Shown here: positions 1 to 15,000 of the stretch, piece after piece
How the letters are laid out: each line of letters opens with the position of its first letter
Position numbering within the stretch: position 1 is the first letter of the stretch
NCBI GenBank assembly: GCA_040954595.2
Contig: CM082585.2
Coordinates: forward strand, 10,519,995 to 10,583,994
Direction of reading: 5' to 3'
Length of the DNA stretch: 64,000 nt
Source: Balanoglossus misakiensis
Lineage: Eukaryota > Animalia > Hemichordata
Position numbers and translations under genes: made by a program
Notes under the pieces: generated by a model
The model's database searches: none
Told to the model about the DNA's origin: nothing
The model's input: only the letters and a program-made list of their open reading frames with translations

Positions 1-3000
1 TCCCCAAAGTCGAAAAAATTCTCAATTTTTGATGAATTTTTCCTTAGGCATAAACCCATGGTTTTTGCAAAAACGGCCAATTTGAAATTCCGCAAAGTCG
101 AAAATTCTCATTTTTTGATGATTTTCCTGAGCTATTAACCCATGTTTTTGCAAAAATCGGCCAAATTTTGAATTCCCCAAAGTCGAAAATTCTCATTTTT
201 TGATGATTTTCTTAGCTATAACCCATGGTTTTTGCAAAAATCGGCCAAATTTTGAAATTCCCAAAGTCGAAAAATTCTCATTTTTTGATGATTTTCCTGA
301 GCTATAACCCATGGTTTTTGCAAAAATCGCCAAATTTTGAAATTCCGCAAAGTCGAAAAATTCTCATTTTTTGATGATTTTCCTGAGCTATAACCCATGG
401 TTTTTGCAAAATCGCCAAATTTTGAAATTCCCAAAGTCGAAAAATTCTCATTTTTTGATGATTTTTCCTGAGCTATAACCCTTGGTTTTTGCAAAAATCG
501 GCCAAATTTTGAAATTCCGCAAAGTCGAAAAATTCTCATTTTTTGATGATTTTCCTGAGCTATAACCCATGGTTTTTGCAAAAATCGGCCAAATTTTGAA
601 ATTCCGCAAAGTCGAAAAATTCTCATTTTTTGATGATTTTCCTGAGCTATAACCCATGGTTTTTGCAAAAATCGGCCAAATTTTGAAATTCCGCAAAGTC
701 GAAAAATTCTCATTTTTTGATGATTTTCCTGAGCTATAACCCATGGTTTTTGCAAAAATCGGCCAAATTTTGAAATTCCGCAAAGTCGAAAAATTCTCAT
801 TTTTTGATGATTTTCCTGAGCTATAACCCATGGTTTTTGCAAAAATCGGCCAAATTTTGAAATTCCGCAAAGTCGAAAAATTCTCATTTTTTGATGATTT
901 TCCTGAGCTATAACCCATGGTTTTTGCAAAAATCGGCCAAATTTTGAAATTCCGCAAAGTCGAAAAATTCTCATTTTTTGATGATTTTCCTGAGCTATAA
1001 CCCATGGTTTTTGCAAAAATCGGCCAAATTTTGAAATTCCGCAAAGTCGAAAAATTCTCATTTTTTGATGATTTTCCTGAGCTATAACCCATGGTTTTTG
1101 CAAAAATCGGCCAAATTTTGAAATTCCGCAAAGTCGAAAAATTCTCATTTTTTTGATGATTTTCCTGAGCTATAACCCATGGTTTTTGCAAAAATCGGCC
1201 AAATTTTGAAATTCCGCAAAGTCGAAAAATTCTCATTTTTTGATGATTTTCCTGAGCTATAACCCATGGTTTTTGCAAAAATCGGCCAAATTTTGAAATT
1301 CCGCAAAGTCGAAAAATTCTCATTTTTTGATGATTTTCCTGAGCTATAACCCATGGTTTTTGCAAAAATCGGCCAAATTTTGAAATTCCGCAAAGTCGAA
1401 AAATTCTCATTTTTTGATGATTTTCCTGAGCTATAACCCATGGTTTTTGCAAAAATCGGCCAAATTTTGAAATTCCGCAAAGTCGAAAATTCTCATTTTT
1501 TGATGATTTTCCTGAGCTATAACCCATGGTTTTTGCAAAAATCGGCCAAATTTTGAAATTCCCCAAAGTCGAAAAATTCTCATTTTTTGATGATTTTCCT
1601 GAGCTATAACCCATGGTTTTTGCAAAAATCGGCCAAATTTTGAAATTCCCCAAAGTCGAAAAATTCTCATTTTTTGATGATTTTCCTGAGCTATAACCCA
1701 TGGTTTTTGCAAAAATCGGCCAAATTTTGAAATTCCCCAAAGTCGAAAAATTCTCATTTTTTGATGATTTTCCTGAGCTATAACCCATGGTTTTTGCAAA
1801 AATCGGCCAAATTTTGAAATTCCCGCAAAGTCGAAAAATTCTCATTTTTTGATGATTTTCCTGAGCTATAACCCATGGTTTTTGCAAAAATCGGCCAAAT
1901 TTTGAAATTCCCAAAGTCGAAAAATTCTCATTTTTTGATGATTTTCCTGAGCTATAACCCATGGTTTTTGCAAAAATCGGCCAAATTTTGAAATTCCCCA
2001 AAGTCGAAAAATTCTCATTTTTTGATGATTTTCCTGAGCTATAACCCATGGTTTTTGCAAAAATCGGCCAAATTTTGAAATTCCCCAAAGTCGAAAAATT
2101 CTCATTTTTTGATGATTTTCCTGAGCTATAACCCATGGTTTTTGCAAAAATCGGCCAAATTTTGAAATTCCCCAAAGTCGAAAAATTCTCATTTTTTGAT
2201 GATTTTCCTGAGCTATAACCCATGGTTTTTGCAAAAATCGGCCAAATTTTGAAATTCCCCAAAGTCGAAAAATTCTCATTTTTTGATGATTTTCCTGAGC
2301 TATAACCCATGGTTTTTGCAAAAATCGGCCAAATTTTGAAATTCCCCAAAGTCGAAAAATTCTCATTTTTTTGATGATTTTCCTGAGCTATAACCCATGG
2401 TTTTTGCAAAAATCGGCCAAATTTTGAAATTCCGCAAAGTCGAAAAATTCTCATTTTTTGATGATTTTCCTGAGCTATAACCCATGGTTTTTGCAAAAAT
2501 CGGCCAAATTTTGAAATTCCGCAAAGTCGAAAAATTCTCATTTTTTGATGATTTTCCTGAGCTATAACCCATGGTTTTTGCAAAAATCGGCCAAATTTTG
2601 AAATTCCGCAAAGTCGAAAAATTCTCATTTTTTGATGATTTTCCTGAGCTATAACCCATGGTTTTTGCAAAAATCGGCCAAATTTTGAAATTCCCAAAGT
2701 CGAAAAATTCTCATTTTTTGATGATTTTCCTGAGCTATAACCCATGGTTTTTGCAAAAATCGGCCAATTTTGAAATTCCCCAAAGTCGAAAAATTCTCAT
2801 TTTTTGATGATTTTCCTGAGCTATAACCCATGGTTTTTGCAAAAATCGGCCAAATTTTGAAATTCCCCAAAGTCGAAAAATTCTCATTTTTTGATGATTT
2901 TCCTGAGCTATAACCCATGGTTTTTGCAAAAATCGGCCAAATTTTGAAATTCCCCAAAGTCGAAAAATTCTCATTTTTTGATGATTTTCCTGAGCTATAA

Positions 3001-6000
3001 CCCATGGTTTTTGCAAAAATCGGCCAAATTTTGAAATTCCCCAAAGTCGAAAAATTCTCATTTTTTGATGATTTTCCTGAGCTATAACCCATGGTTTTTG
3101 CAAAAATCGGCCAAATTTTGAAATTCCCCAAAGTCGAAAAATTCTCATTTTTTGATGATTTTCCTGAGCTATAACCCATGGTTTTTGCAAAAATCGGCCA
3201 AATTTTGAAATTCCCCAAAGTCGAAAAATTCTCATTTTTTGATGATTTTCCTGAGCTATAACCCATGGTTTTTGCAAAAATCGGCCAAATTTTGAAATTC
3301 CCCAAAGTCGAAAAATTCTCATTTTTTGATGATTTTCCTGAGCTATAACCCATGGTTTTTGCAAAAATCGGCCAAATTTTGAAATTCCCCAAAGTCGAAA
3401 AATTCTCATTTTTTGATGATTTTCCTGAGCTATAACCCATGGTTTTTGCAAAAATCGGCCAAATTTTGAAATTCCCCAAAGTCGAAAAATTCTCATTTTT
3501 TGATGATTTTCCTGAGCTATAACCCATGGTTTTTGCAAAAATCGGCCAAATTTTGAAATTCCCCAAAGTCGAAAAATTCTCATTTTTTGATGATTTTCCT
3601 GAGCTATAACCCATGGTTTTTGCAAAAATCGGCCAAATTTTGAAATTCCCCAAAGTCGAAAAATTCTCATTTTTTGATGATTTTCCTGAGCTATAACCCA
3701 TGGTTTTTGCAAAAATCGGCCAAATTTTGAAATTCCCCAAAGTCGAAAAATTCTCATTTTTTGATGATTTTCCTGAGCTATAACCCATGGTTTTTGCAAA
3801 AATCGGCCAAATTTTGAAATTCCCCAAAGTCGAAAAATTCTCATTTTTTGATGATTTTCCTGAGCTATAACCCATGGTTTTTGCAAAAATCGGCCAAATT
3901 TTGAAATTCCCCAAAGTCGAAAAATTCTCATTTTTTGATGATTTTCCTGAGCTATAACCCATGGTTTTTGCAAAAATCGGCCAAATTTTGAAATTCCCCA
4001 AAGTCGAAAAATTCTCATTTTTTGATGATTTTCCTGAGCTATAACCCATGGTTTTTGCAAAAATCGGCCAAATTTTGAAATTCCCCAAAGTCGAAAAATT
4101 CTCATTTTTTGATGATTTTCCTGAGCTATAACCCATGGTTTTTGCAAAAATCGGCCAAATTTTGAAATTCCCCAAAGTCGAAAAATTCTCATTTTTTGAT
4201 GATTTTCCTGAGCTATAACCCATGGTTTTTGCAAAAATCGGCCAAATTTTGAAATTCCCCAAAGTCGAAAAATTCTCATTTTTTGATGATTTTCCTGAGC
4301 TATAACCCATGGTTTTTGCAAAAATCGGCCAAATTTTGAAATTCCGCAAAGTCGAAAAATTCTCATTTTTTGATGATTTTCCTGAGCTATAACCCATGGT
4401 TTTTGCAAAAATCGGCCAAATTTTGAAATTCCCCAAAGTCGAAAAATTTCTCATTTTTTGATGATTTTCCTGAGCTATAACCCATGGTTTTTGCAAAAAT
4501 CGGCCAAATTTTGAAATTCCCCAAAGTCGAAAAATTCTCATTTTTTGATGATTTTCCTGAGCTATAACCCATGGTTTTTGCAAAAATCGGCCAAATTTTG
4601 AAATTCCCCAAAGTCGAAAAATTCTCATTTTTTGATGATTTTCCTGAGCTATAACCCATGGTTTTTGCAAAAATCGGCCAAATTTTGAAATTCCCCCAAA
4701 GTCGAAAAATTCTCATTTTTTGATGATTTTCCTGAGCTATAACCCATGGTTTTTGCAAAAATCGGCCAAATTTTGAAATTCCCCAAAGTCGAAAAATTCT
4801 CATTTTTTGATGATTTTCCTGAGCTATAACCCATGGTTTTTGCAAAAATCGGCCAAATTTTGAAATTCCCCAAAGTCGAAAAATTCTCATTTTTTGATGA
4901 TTTTCCTGAGCTATAACCCATGGTTTTTGCAAAAATCGGCCAAATTTTGAAATTCCCCAAAGTCGAAAAATTCTCATTTTTTGATGATTTTCCTGAGCTA
5001 TAACCCATGGTTTTTGCAAAAATCGGCCAAATTTTGAAATTCCCCAAAGTCGAAAAATTCTCATTTTTTGATGATTTTCCTGAGCTATAACCCATGGTTT
5101 TTGCAAAAATCGGCCAAATTTTGAAATTCCCCAAAGTCGAAAAATTCTCATTTTTTGATGATTTTCCTGAGCTATAACCCATGGTTTTTGCAAAAATCGG
5201 CCAAATTTTGAAATTCCCCAAAGTCGAAAAATTCTCATTTTTTGATGATTTTCCTGAGCTATAACCCATGGTTTTTGCAAAAATCGGCCAAATTTTGAAA
5301 TTCCCCAAAGTCGAAAAATTCTCATTTTTTGATGATTTTCCTGAGCTATAACCCATGGTTTTTGCAAAAATCGGCCAAATTTTGAAATTCCCCAAAGTCG
5401 AAAAATTCTCATTTTTTGATGATTTTCCTGAGCTATAACCCATGGTTTTTGCAAAAATCGGCCAAATTTTGAAATTCCCCAAAGTCGAAAATTCTCATTT
5501 TTTGATGATTTTCCTGAGCTATAACCCATGGTTTTTGCAAAAATCGGCCAAATTTTGAAATTCCCCAAAGTCGAAAAATTCTCATTTTTTGATGATTTTC
5601 CTGAGCTATAACCCATGGTTTTTGCAAAAATCGGCCAAATTTTGAAATTCCCCAAAGTCGAAAAATTCTCATTTTTTGATGATTTTCCTGAGCTATAACC
5701 CATGGTTTTTGCAAAAATCGGCCAAATTTTGAAATTCCCCAAAGTCGAAAAATTCTCATTTTTTGATGATTTTCCTGAGCTATAACCCATGGTTTTTGCA
5801 AAAATCGGCCAAATTTTGAAATTCCCCAAAGTCGAAAAATTCTCATTTTTTGATGATTTTCCTGAGCTATAACCCATGGTTTTTGCAAAAATCGGCCAAA
5901 TTTTGAAATTCCCCAAAGTCGAAAAATTCTCATTTTTTGATGATTTTCCTGAGCTATAACCCATGGTTTTTGCAAAAATCGGCCAAATTTTGAAATTCCG

Positions 6001-9000
6001 CAAAGTCGAAAAATTCTCATTTTTTGATGATTTTCCTGAGCTATAACCCATGGTTTTTGCAAAAATCGGCCAAATTTTGAAATTCCGCAAAGTCGAAAAA
6101 TTCTCATTTTTTGATGATTTTCCTGAGCTATAACCCATGGTTTTTGCAAAAATCGGCCAAATTTTGAAATTCCCCAAAGTCGAAAAATTCTCATTTTTTG
6201 ATGATTTTCCTGAGCTATAACCCATGGTTTTTGCAAAAATCGGCCAAATTTTGAAATTCCCCAAAGTCGAAAAATTCTCATTTTTTGATGATTTTCCTGA
6301 GCTATAACCCATGGTTTTTGCAAAAATCGGCCAAATTTTGAAATTCCCCAAAGTCGAAAAATTCTCATTTTTTGATGATTTTCCTGAGCTATAACCCATG
6401 GTTTTTGCAAAAATCGGCCAAATTTTGAAATTCCCCCAAAGTCGAAAAATTCTCATTTTTTGATGATTTTCCTGAGCTATAACCCATGGTTTTTGCAAAA
6501 ATCGGCCAAATTTTGAAATTCCCCAAAGTCGAAAAATTCTCATTTTTTGATGATTTTCCTGAGCTATAACCCATGGTTTTTGCAAAAATCGGCCAAATTT
6601 TGAAATTCCCCAAAGTCGAAAAATTCTCATTTTTTGATGATTTTCCTGAGCTATAACCCATGGTTTTTGCAAAAATCGGCCAAATTTTGAAATTCCCCAA
6701 AGTCGAAAAATTCTCATTTTTTGATGATTTTCCTGAGCTATAACCCATGGTTTTTGCAAAAATCGGCCAAATTTTGAAATTCCCCAAAGTCGAAAAATTC
6801 TCATTTTTTGATGATTTTCCTGAGCTATAACCCATGGTTTTTGCAAAAATCGGCCAAATTTTGAAATTCCCCAAAGTCGAAAAATTCTCATTTTTTGATG
6901 ATTTTCCTGAGCTATAACCCATGGTTTTTGCAAAAATCGGCCAAATTTTGAAATTCCCCAAAGTCGAAAAATTCTCATTTTTTGATGATTTTCCTGAGCT
7001 ATAACCCATGGTTTTTGCAAAAATCGGCCAAATTTTGAAATTCCCCAAAGTCGAAAAATTCTCATTTTTTGATGATTTTCCTGAGCTATAACCCATGGTT
7101 TTTGCAAAAATCGGCCAAATTTTGAAATTCCCCAAAGTCGAAAAATTCTCATTTTTTGATGATTTTCCTGAGCTATAACCCATGGTTTTTGCAAAAATCG
7201 GCCAAATTTTGAAATTCCCCAAAGTCGAAAAATTCTCATTTTTTGATGATTTTCCTGAGCTATAACCCATGGTTTTTGCAAAAATCGGCCAAATTTTGAA
7301 ATTCCCCAAAGTCGAAAAATTCTCATTTTTTGATGATTTTCCTGAGCTATAACCCATGGTTTTTGCAAAAATCGGCCAAATTTTGAAATTCCCCAAAGTC
7401 GAAAAATTCTCATTTTTTGATGATTTTCCTGAGCTATAACCCATGGTTTTTGCAAAAATCGGCCAAATTTTGAAATTCCCCAAAGTCGAAAAATTCTCAT
7501 TTTTTGATGATTTTCCTGAGCTATAACCCATGGTTTTTGCAAAAATCGGCCAAATTTTGAAATTCCGCAAAGTCGAAAAATTCTCATTTTTTGATGATTT
7601 TCCTGAGCTATAACCCATGGTTTTTGCAAAAATCGGCCAAATTTTGAAATTCCGCAAAGTCGAAAAATTCTCATTTTTTGATGATTTTCCTGAGCTATAA
7701 CCCATGGTTTTTGCAAAAATCGGCCAAATTTTGAAATTCCGCAAAGTCGAAAAATTCTCATTTTTTGATGATTTTCCTGAGCTATAACCCATGGTTTTTG
7801 CAAAAATCGGCCAAATTTTGAAATTCCGCAAAGTCGAAAAATTCTCATTTTTTGATGATTTTCCTGAGCTATAACCCATGGTTTTTGCAAAAATCGGCCA
7901 AATTTTGAAATTCCGCAAAGTCGAAAAATTCTCATTTTTTGATGATTTTCCTGAGCTATAACCCATGGTTTTTGCAAAAATCGGCCAAATTTTGAAATTC
8001 CGCAAAGTCGAAAAATTCTCATTTTTTGATGATTTTCCTGAGCTATAACCCATGGTTTTTGCAAAAATCGGCCAAATTTTGAAATTCCGCAAAGTCGAAA
8101 AATTCTCATTTTTTGATGATTTTCCTGAGCTATAACCCATGGTTTTTGCAAAAATCGGCCAAATTTTGAAATTCCCCAAAGTCGAAAAATTCTCATTTTT
8201 TGATGATTTTCCTGAGCTATAACCCATGGTTTTTGCAAAAATCGGCCAAATTTTGAAATTCCCCAAAGTCGAAAAATTCTCATTTTTTGATGATTTTCCT
8301 GAGCTATAACCCATGGTTTTTGCAAAAATCGGCCAAATTTTGAAATTCCCCAAAGTCGAAAAATTCTCATTTTTTGATGATTTTCCTGAGCTATAACCCA
8401 TGGTTTTTGCAAAAATCGGCCAAATTTTGAAATTCCGCAAAGTCGAAAAATTCTCATTTTTTTGATGATTTTCCTGAGCTATAACCCATGGTTTTTGAAA
8501 AAATCGGCCAAATTTTGAAATTCCGCAAAGTCGAAAAATTCTCATTTTTTGATGATTTTCCTGAGCTATAACCCATGGTTTTTGCAAAAATCGGCCAAAT
8601 TTTGAAATTCCGCAAAGTCGAAAAATTCTCATTTTTTGATGATTTTCCTGAGCTATAACCCATGGTTTTTGAAAAAATCGGCCAAATTTTGAAATTCCGC
8701 AAAGTCGAAAAATTCTCATTTTTTGATGATTTTCCTGAGCTATAACCCATGGTTTTTGCAAAAATCGGCCAAATTTTGAAATTCCGCAAAGTCGAAAAAT
8801 TCTCATTTTTTGATGATTTTCCTGAGCTATAACCCATGGTTTTTGCAAAAATCGGCCAAATTTTGAAATTCCGCAAAGTCGAAAAATTCTCATTTTTTGA
8901 TGATTTTCCTGAGCTATAACCCATGGTTTTTGCAAAAATCGGCCAAATTTTGAAATTCCGCAAAGTCGAAAAATTCTCATTTTTTGATGATTTTCCTGAG

Positions 9001-12000
9001 CTATAACCCATGGTTTTTGCAAAAATCGGCCAAATTTTGAAATTCCGCAAAGTCGAAAAATTCTCATTTTTTGATGATTTTCCTGAGCTATAACCCATGG
9101 TTTTTGAAAAAATCGGCCAAATTTTGAAATTCCGCAAAGTCGAAAAATTCTCATTTTTTGATGATTTTCCTGAGCTATAACCCATGGTTTTTGCAAAAAT
9201 CGGCCAAATTTTGAAATTCCGCAAAATCGAAAAATTCTCATTTTTTGATGATTTTCCTGAGCTATAACCCATGGTTTTTGCAAAAATCGGCCAAATTTTG
9301 AAATTCCCCAAAGTCGAAAAATTCTCACTTTTTGATGATTTTCCTGAGCTATAACCCATGGTTTTTGCAAAAATCGGCCAAATTTTGAAATTCCCAAAGT
9401 CGAAAAATTCTCACTTTTTGATGATTTTCCTGAGCTATAACCCATGGTTTTTGCAAAAATCGGCCAAATTTTGAAATTCCCCAAAGTCGAAAAATTCTCA
9501 TTTTTTGATGATTTTCCTGAGCTATAACCCATGGTTTTTGCAAAAATCGGCCAAATTTTGAAATTCCCCAAAGTCGAAAAATTCTCACTTTTTGATGATT
9601 TTCCTGAGCTATAACCCATGGTTTTTGCAAAAATCGGCCAAATTTTGAAATTCCCAAAGTCGAAAAATTCTCACTTTTTTGATGATTTTCCTGAGCTATA
9701 ACCCATGGTTTTTGCAAAAATCGGCCAAATTTTGAAATTCCCCAAAGTTCGAAAAATTCTCATTTTTTGATGATTTTCCTGAGCTATAACCCATGGTTTT
9801 TGCAAAAATCGGCCAAATTTTGAAATTCCCCAAAGTCGGAAAATTCTCATTTCTTGATGATTTTCCTGAGCTATAACCCATGGTTTTTGCAAAAATCGGC
9901 CAAATTTTGAAATTCCGCAAAGTCGAAAAATTCTCATTTTTTGATGATTTTCCTGAGCTATAACCCATGGTTTTTGAAAAAATCGGCCAAATTTTGAAAT
10001 TCCGCAAAGTCGAAAAATTCTCATTTTTTGATGATTTTCCTGAGCTATAACCCATGGTTTTTGAAAAAATCGGCCAAATTTTGAAATTCCGCAAAGTCGA
10101 AAAATTCTCATTTTTTGATGATTTTCCTGAGCTATAACCCATGGTTTTTGCAAAAATCGGCCAAATTTTGAAATTCCGCAAAGTCGAAAAATTCTCATTT
10201 TTTGATGATTTTCCTGAGCTATAACCCATGGTTTTTGCAAAAATCGGCCAAATTTTGAAATTCCGCAAAGTCGAAAAATTCTCATTTTTTGATGATTTTC
10301 CTGAGCTATAACCCATGGTTTTTGAAAAAATCGGCCAAATTTTGAAATTCCGCAAAGTCGAAAAATTCTCATTTTTTGATGATTTTCCTGAGCTATCACC
10401 CATGGTTTTTGCAAAAATCGGCCAAATTTTGAAATTCCGCAAAGTCGAAAAATTCTCATTTTTTGATGATTTTCCTGAGCTATAACCCATGGTTTTTGCA
10501 AAAATCGGCCAAATTTTGAAATTCCGCAAAGTCGAAAAATTCTCATTTTTTGATGATTTTCCTGAGCTATAACCCATGGTTTTTGAAAAAATCGGCCAAA
10601 TTTTGAAATTCCGCAAAGTCGAAAAATTCTCATTTTTTGATGATTTTCCTGAGCTATAACCCATGGTTTTTGCAAAAATCGGCCAAATTTTGAAATTCCC
10701 TAAAGTCGAAAAATTCTCATTTTTTTGATGATTTTCCTGAGCTATAACCCATGGTTTTTGCAAAAATCGGCCAAATTTTGAAATTCCGCAAAGTCGAAAA
10801 ATTCTTATTTTTGATGATTTTCCTGAGCTATAACCCATGGTTTTTGCAAAAATCGGCCAAATTTTGAAATTCCCCAAAGTCGAAAAATTCTCATTTTTTG
10901 ATGATTTTCCTGAGCTATAACCCATGGTTTTTGCAAAAATCGGCCAAATTTTGAAATTCCCCAAAGTCGAAAAATTCTCATTTTTTGATGATTTTCCTGA
11001 GCTATAACCCATGGTTTTTGCAAAAATCGGCCAAATTTTGAAATTCCACAAAGTCGAAAAATTCTCATTTTTTGATGATTTTCCTGAGCTATAACCCATG
11101 GTTTTTGCAAAAATCGGCCAAATTTTGAAATTCCCCAAAGTCGAAAAATTCTCATTTTTTTGATGATTTTCCTGAGCTATAACCCATGGTTTTTGCAAAA
11201 ATCGGCCAAATTTTGAAATTCCGCAAAGTCGAAAAATTCTCATTTTTTGATGATTTTCCTGAGCTATAACCCATGGTTTTTGCAAAAATCGGCCAAATTT
11301 TGAAATTCCGCAAAGTCGAAAAATTCTCATTTTTTGATGATTTTCCTGAGCTATAACCCATGGTTTTTGCAAAAATCGGCCAAATTTTGAAATTCCGCAA
11401 AGTCGAAAAATTCTCATTTTTTGATGATTTTCCTGAGCTATAACCCATGGTTTTTGCAAAAATCGGCCAAATTTTGAAATTCCGCAAAGTCGAAAAATTC
11501 TCATTTTTTGATGATTTTCCTGAGCTATAACCCATGGTTTTTGAAAAAATCGGCCAAATTTGAAATTCCGCAAAGTCGAAAAATTCTCATTTTTTGATGA
11601 TTTTCCTGAGCTATAACCCATGGTTTTTGCAAAAATCGGCCAAATTTTGAAATTCCGCAAAGTCGAAAAATTCTCATTTTTTGATTATTTTCCTGAGATA
11701 TAACCCATGGTTTTTGCAAAAATCGGCCAAATTTTGAAATTCCCTAAAGTCGAAAAATTCTCATTTTTTTGATGATTTTCCTGAGCTATAACCCATGGTT
11801 TTTGCAAAAATCGGCCAAATTTTGAAATTCCGCAAAGTCGAAAAATTCTTATTTTTTGATGATTTTCCTGAGCTATAACCCATGGTTTTTGCAAAAATCG
11901 GCCAAATTTTGAAATTCCCCAAAGTCGAAAAATTCTCATTTTTTGATAATTTTCCTGAGCTATAACCCATGGTTTTTGCAAAAATCGGCCAAATTTTGAA

Positions 12001-15000
12001 ATTCCGCAAAGTCGAAAAATTCTCATTTTTTGATGATTTTCCTGAGCTATAACCCATGGTTTTTGCAAAAATCGGCCAAATTTTGAAATTCCCCAAAGTC
12101 GAAAAATTCTCATTTTTTGATGATTTTCCTGAGCTATAACCCATGGTTTTTGCAAAAATCGGCCAAATTTTGAAATTCCCCAAAGTCGAAAAATTCTCAT
12201 TTTTTGATGATTTTCCTGAGCTATAACCCATGGTTTTTGCAAAAATCGGCCAAATTTTGAAATTCCCCAAAGTCGAAAAATTCTCATTTTTTGATGATTT
12301 TCCTGAGCTATAACCCATGGTTTTTGCAAAAATCGGCCAAATTTTGAAATTCCCCAAAGTCGGAAAATTCTCATTTCTTGATGATTTTCCTGAGCTATAA
12401 CCCATGGTTTTTGCAAAAATCGGCCAAATTTTGAAATTCCGCAAAGTCGAAAAATTCTCATTTTTTGATGATTTTCCTGAGCTATAACCCATGGTTTTTG
12501 CAAAAATCGGCCAAATTTTGAAATTCCGCAAAGTCGAAAAATTCTCATTTTTTGATGATTTTCCTGAGCTATAACCCATGGTTTTTGAAAAATCGGCCAA
12601 ATTTTGAAATTCCGCAAAGTCGAAAAATTCTCATTTTTTGATGATTTTCCTGAGCTATAACCCATGGTTTTTGCAAAAATCGGCCAAATTTTGAAATTCC
12701 GCAAAGTCGAAAAATTCTCATTTTTTGATGATTTTCCTGAGCTATAACCCATGGTTTTTGCAAAAATCGGCCAAATTTTGAAATTCCGCAAAGTCGAAAA
12801 ATTCTCATTTTTTGATGATTTTCCTGAGCTATAACCCATGGTTTTTGCAAAAATCGGCCAAATTTTGAAATTCCGCAAAGTCGAAAAATTCTCATTTTTT
12901 GATGATTTTCCTGAGCTATAACCCATGGTTTTTGCAAAAATCGGCCAAATTTTGAAATTCCCCAAAGTCGAAAAATTCTCATTTTTTGATGATTTTCCTG
13001 AGCTATAACCCATGGTTTTTGCAAAAATCGGCCAAATTTTGAAATTCCCCAAAGTCGAAAAATTCTCATTTTTTGATGATTTTCCTGAGCTATAACCCAT
13101 GGTTTTTGCAAAAATCGGCCAAATTTTGAAATTCCACAAAGTCGAAAAATTCTCATTTTTTGATGATTTTCCTGAGCTATAACCCATGGTTTTTGCAAAA
13201 ATCGGCCAAATTTTGAAATTCCGCAAAGTCGAAAAATTCTCATTTTTTGATGATTTTCCTGAGCTATAACCCATGGTTTTTGAAAAAATCGGCCAAATTT
13301 TGAAATTCCGCAAAGTCGAAAAATTCTCATTTTTTGATGATTTTCCTGAGCTATAACCCATGGTTTTTGCAAAAATCGGCCAAATTTTGAAATTCCGCAA
13401 AGTCGAAAAATTCTCATTTTTTGATGATTTTCCTGAGCTATAACCCATGGTTTTTGCAAAAATCGGCCAAATTTTGAAATTCCGCAAAGTCGAAAAATTC
13501 TCATTTTTTGATGATTTTCCTGAGCTATAACCCATGGTTTTTGCAAAAATCGGCCAAATTTTGAAATTCCGCAAAGTCGAAAAATTCTCATTTTTTGATG
13601 ATTTTCCTGAGCTATAACCCATGGTTTTTGCAAAAATCGGCCAAATTTTGAAATTCCCCAAAGTCGAAAAATTCTCATTTTTTGATGATTTTCCTGAGCT
13701 ATAACCCATGGTTTTTGCAAAAATCGGCCAAATTTTGAAATTCCCCAAAGTCGAAAAATTCTCATTTTTTGATGATTTTCCTGAGCTATAACCCATGGTT
13801 TTTGCAAAAATCGGCCAAATTTTGAAATTCCACAAAGTCGAAAAATTCTCATTTTTTGATGATTTTCCTGAGCTATAACCCATGGTTTTTGCAAAAATCG
13901 GCCAAATTTTGAAATTCCCCAAAGTCGAAAAATTCTCATTTTTTGATGATTTTCCTGAGCTATAACCCATGGTTTTTGCAAAAATCGGCCAAATTTTGAA
14001 ATTCCCCAAAGTCGAAAAATTCTCATTTTTTGATGATTTTCCTGAGCTATAACCCATGGTTTTTGCAAAAATCGGCCAAATTTTGAAATTCCGCAAAGTC
14101 GAAAAATTCTCATTTTTTGATGATTTTCCTGAGCTATAACCCATGGTTTTTGCAAAAATCGGCCAAATTTTGAAATTCCGCAAAGTCGAAAAATTCTCAT
14201 TTTTTGATGATTTTCCTGAGCTATAACCCATGGTTTTTGAAAAAATCGGCCAAATTTTGAAATTCCGCAAAGTCGAAAAATTCTCATTTTTTGATTATTT
14301 TCCTGAGATATAACCCATGGTTTTTGCAAAAATCGGCCAAATTTTGAAATTCCCTAAAGTCGAAAAATTCTCATTTTTTTGATGATTTTCCTGAGCTATA
14401 ACCCATGGTTTTTGCAAAAATCGGCCAAATTTTGAAATTCCGCAAAGTCGAAAAATTCTTATTTTTTGATGATTTTCCTGAGCTATAACCCATGGTTTTT
14501 GCAAAAATCGGCCAAATTTTGAAATTCCCCAAAGTCGAAAAATTCTCATTTTTTGATGATTTTCCTGAGCTATAACCCATGGTTTTTGCAAAAATCGGCC
14601 AAATTTTGAAATTCCCCAAAGTCGAAAAATTCTCATTTTTTGATGATTTTCCTGAGCTATAACCCATGGTTTTTGCAAAAATCGGCCAAATTTTGAAATT
14701 CCGCAAAGTCGAAAAATTCTCATTTTTTGATGATTTTCCTGAGCTATAACCCATGGTTTTTGCAAAAATCGGCCAAATTTTGAAATTCCCCAAAGTCGAA
14801 AAATTCTCATTTTTTGATGATTTTCCTGAGCTATAACCCATGGTTTTTGCAAAAATCGGCCAAATTTTGAAATTCCCCAAAGTCGAAAAATTCTCATTTT
14901 TTGATGATTTTCCTGAGCTATAACCCATGGTTTTTGCAAAAATCGGCCAAATTTTGAAATTCCCCAAAGTCGAAAAATTCTCATTTTTTGATGATTTTCC

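Noticed and set aside
500-540. CENP-B box-like TTCG...CGG on the minus strand of G-type monomers
   Set aside because: Spacing is one base short, and the required A and CGGG of NTTCGNNNNANNCGGGN are missing.
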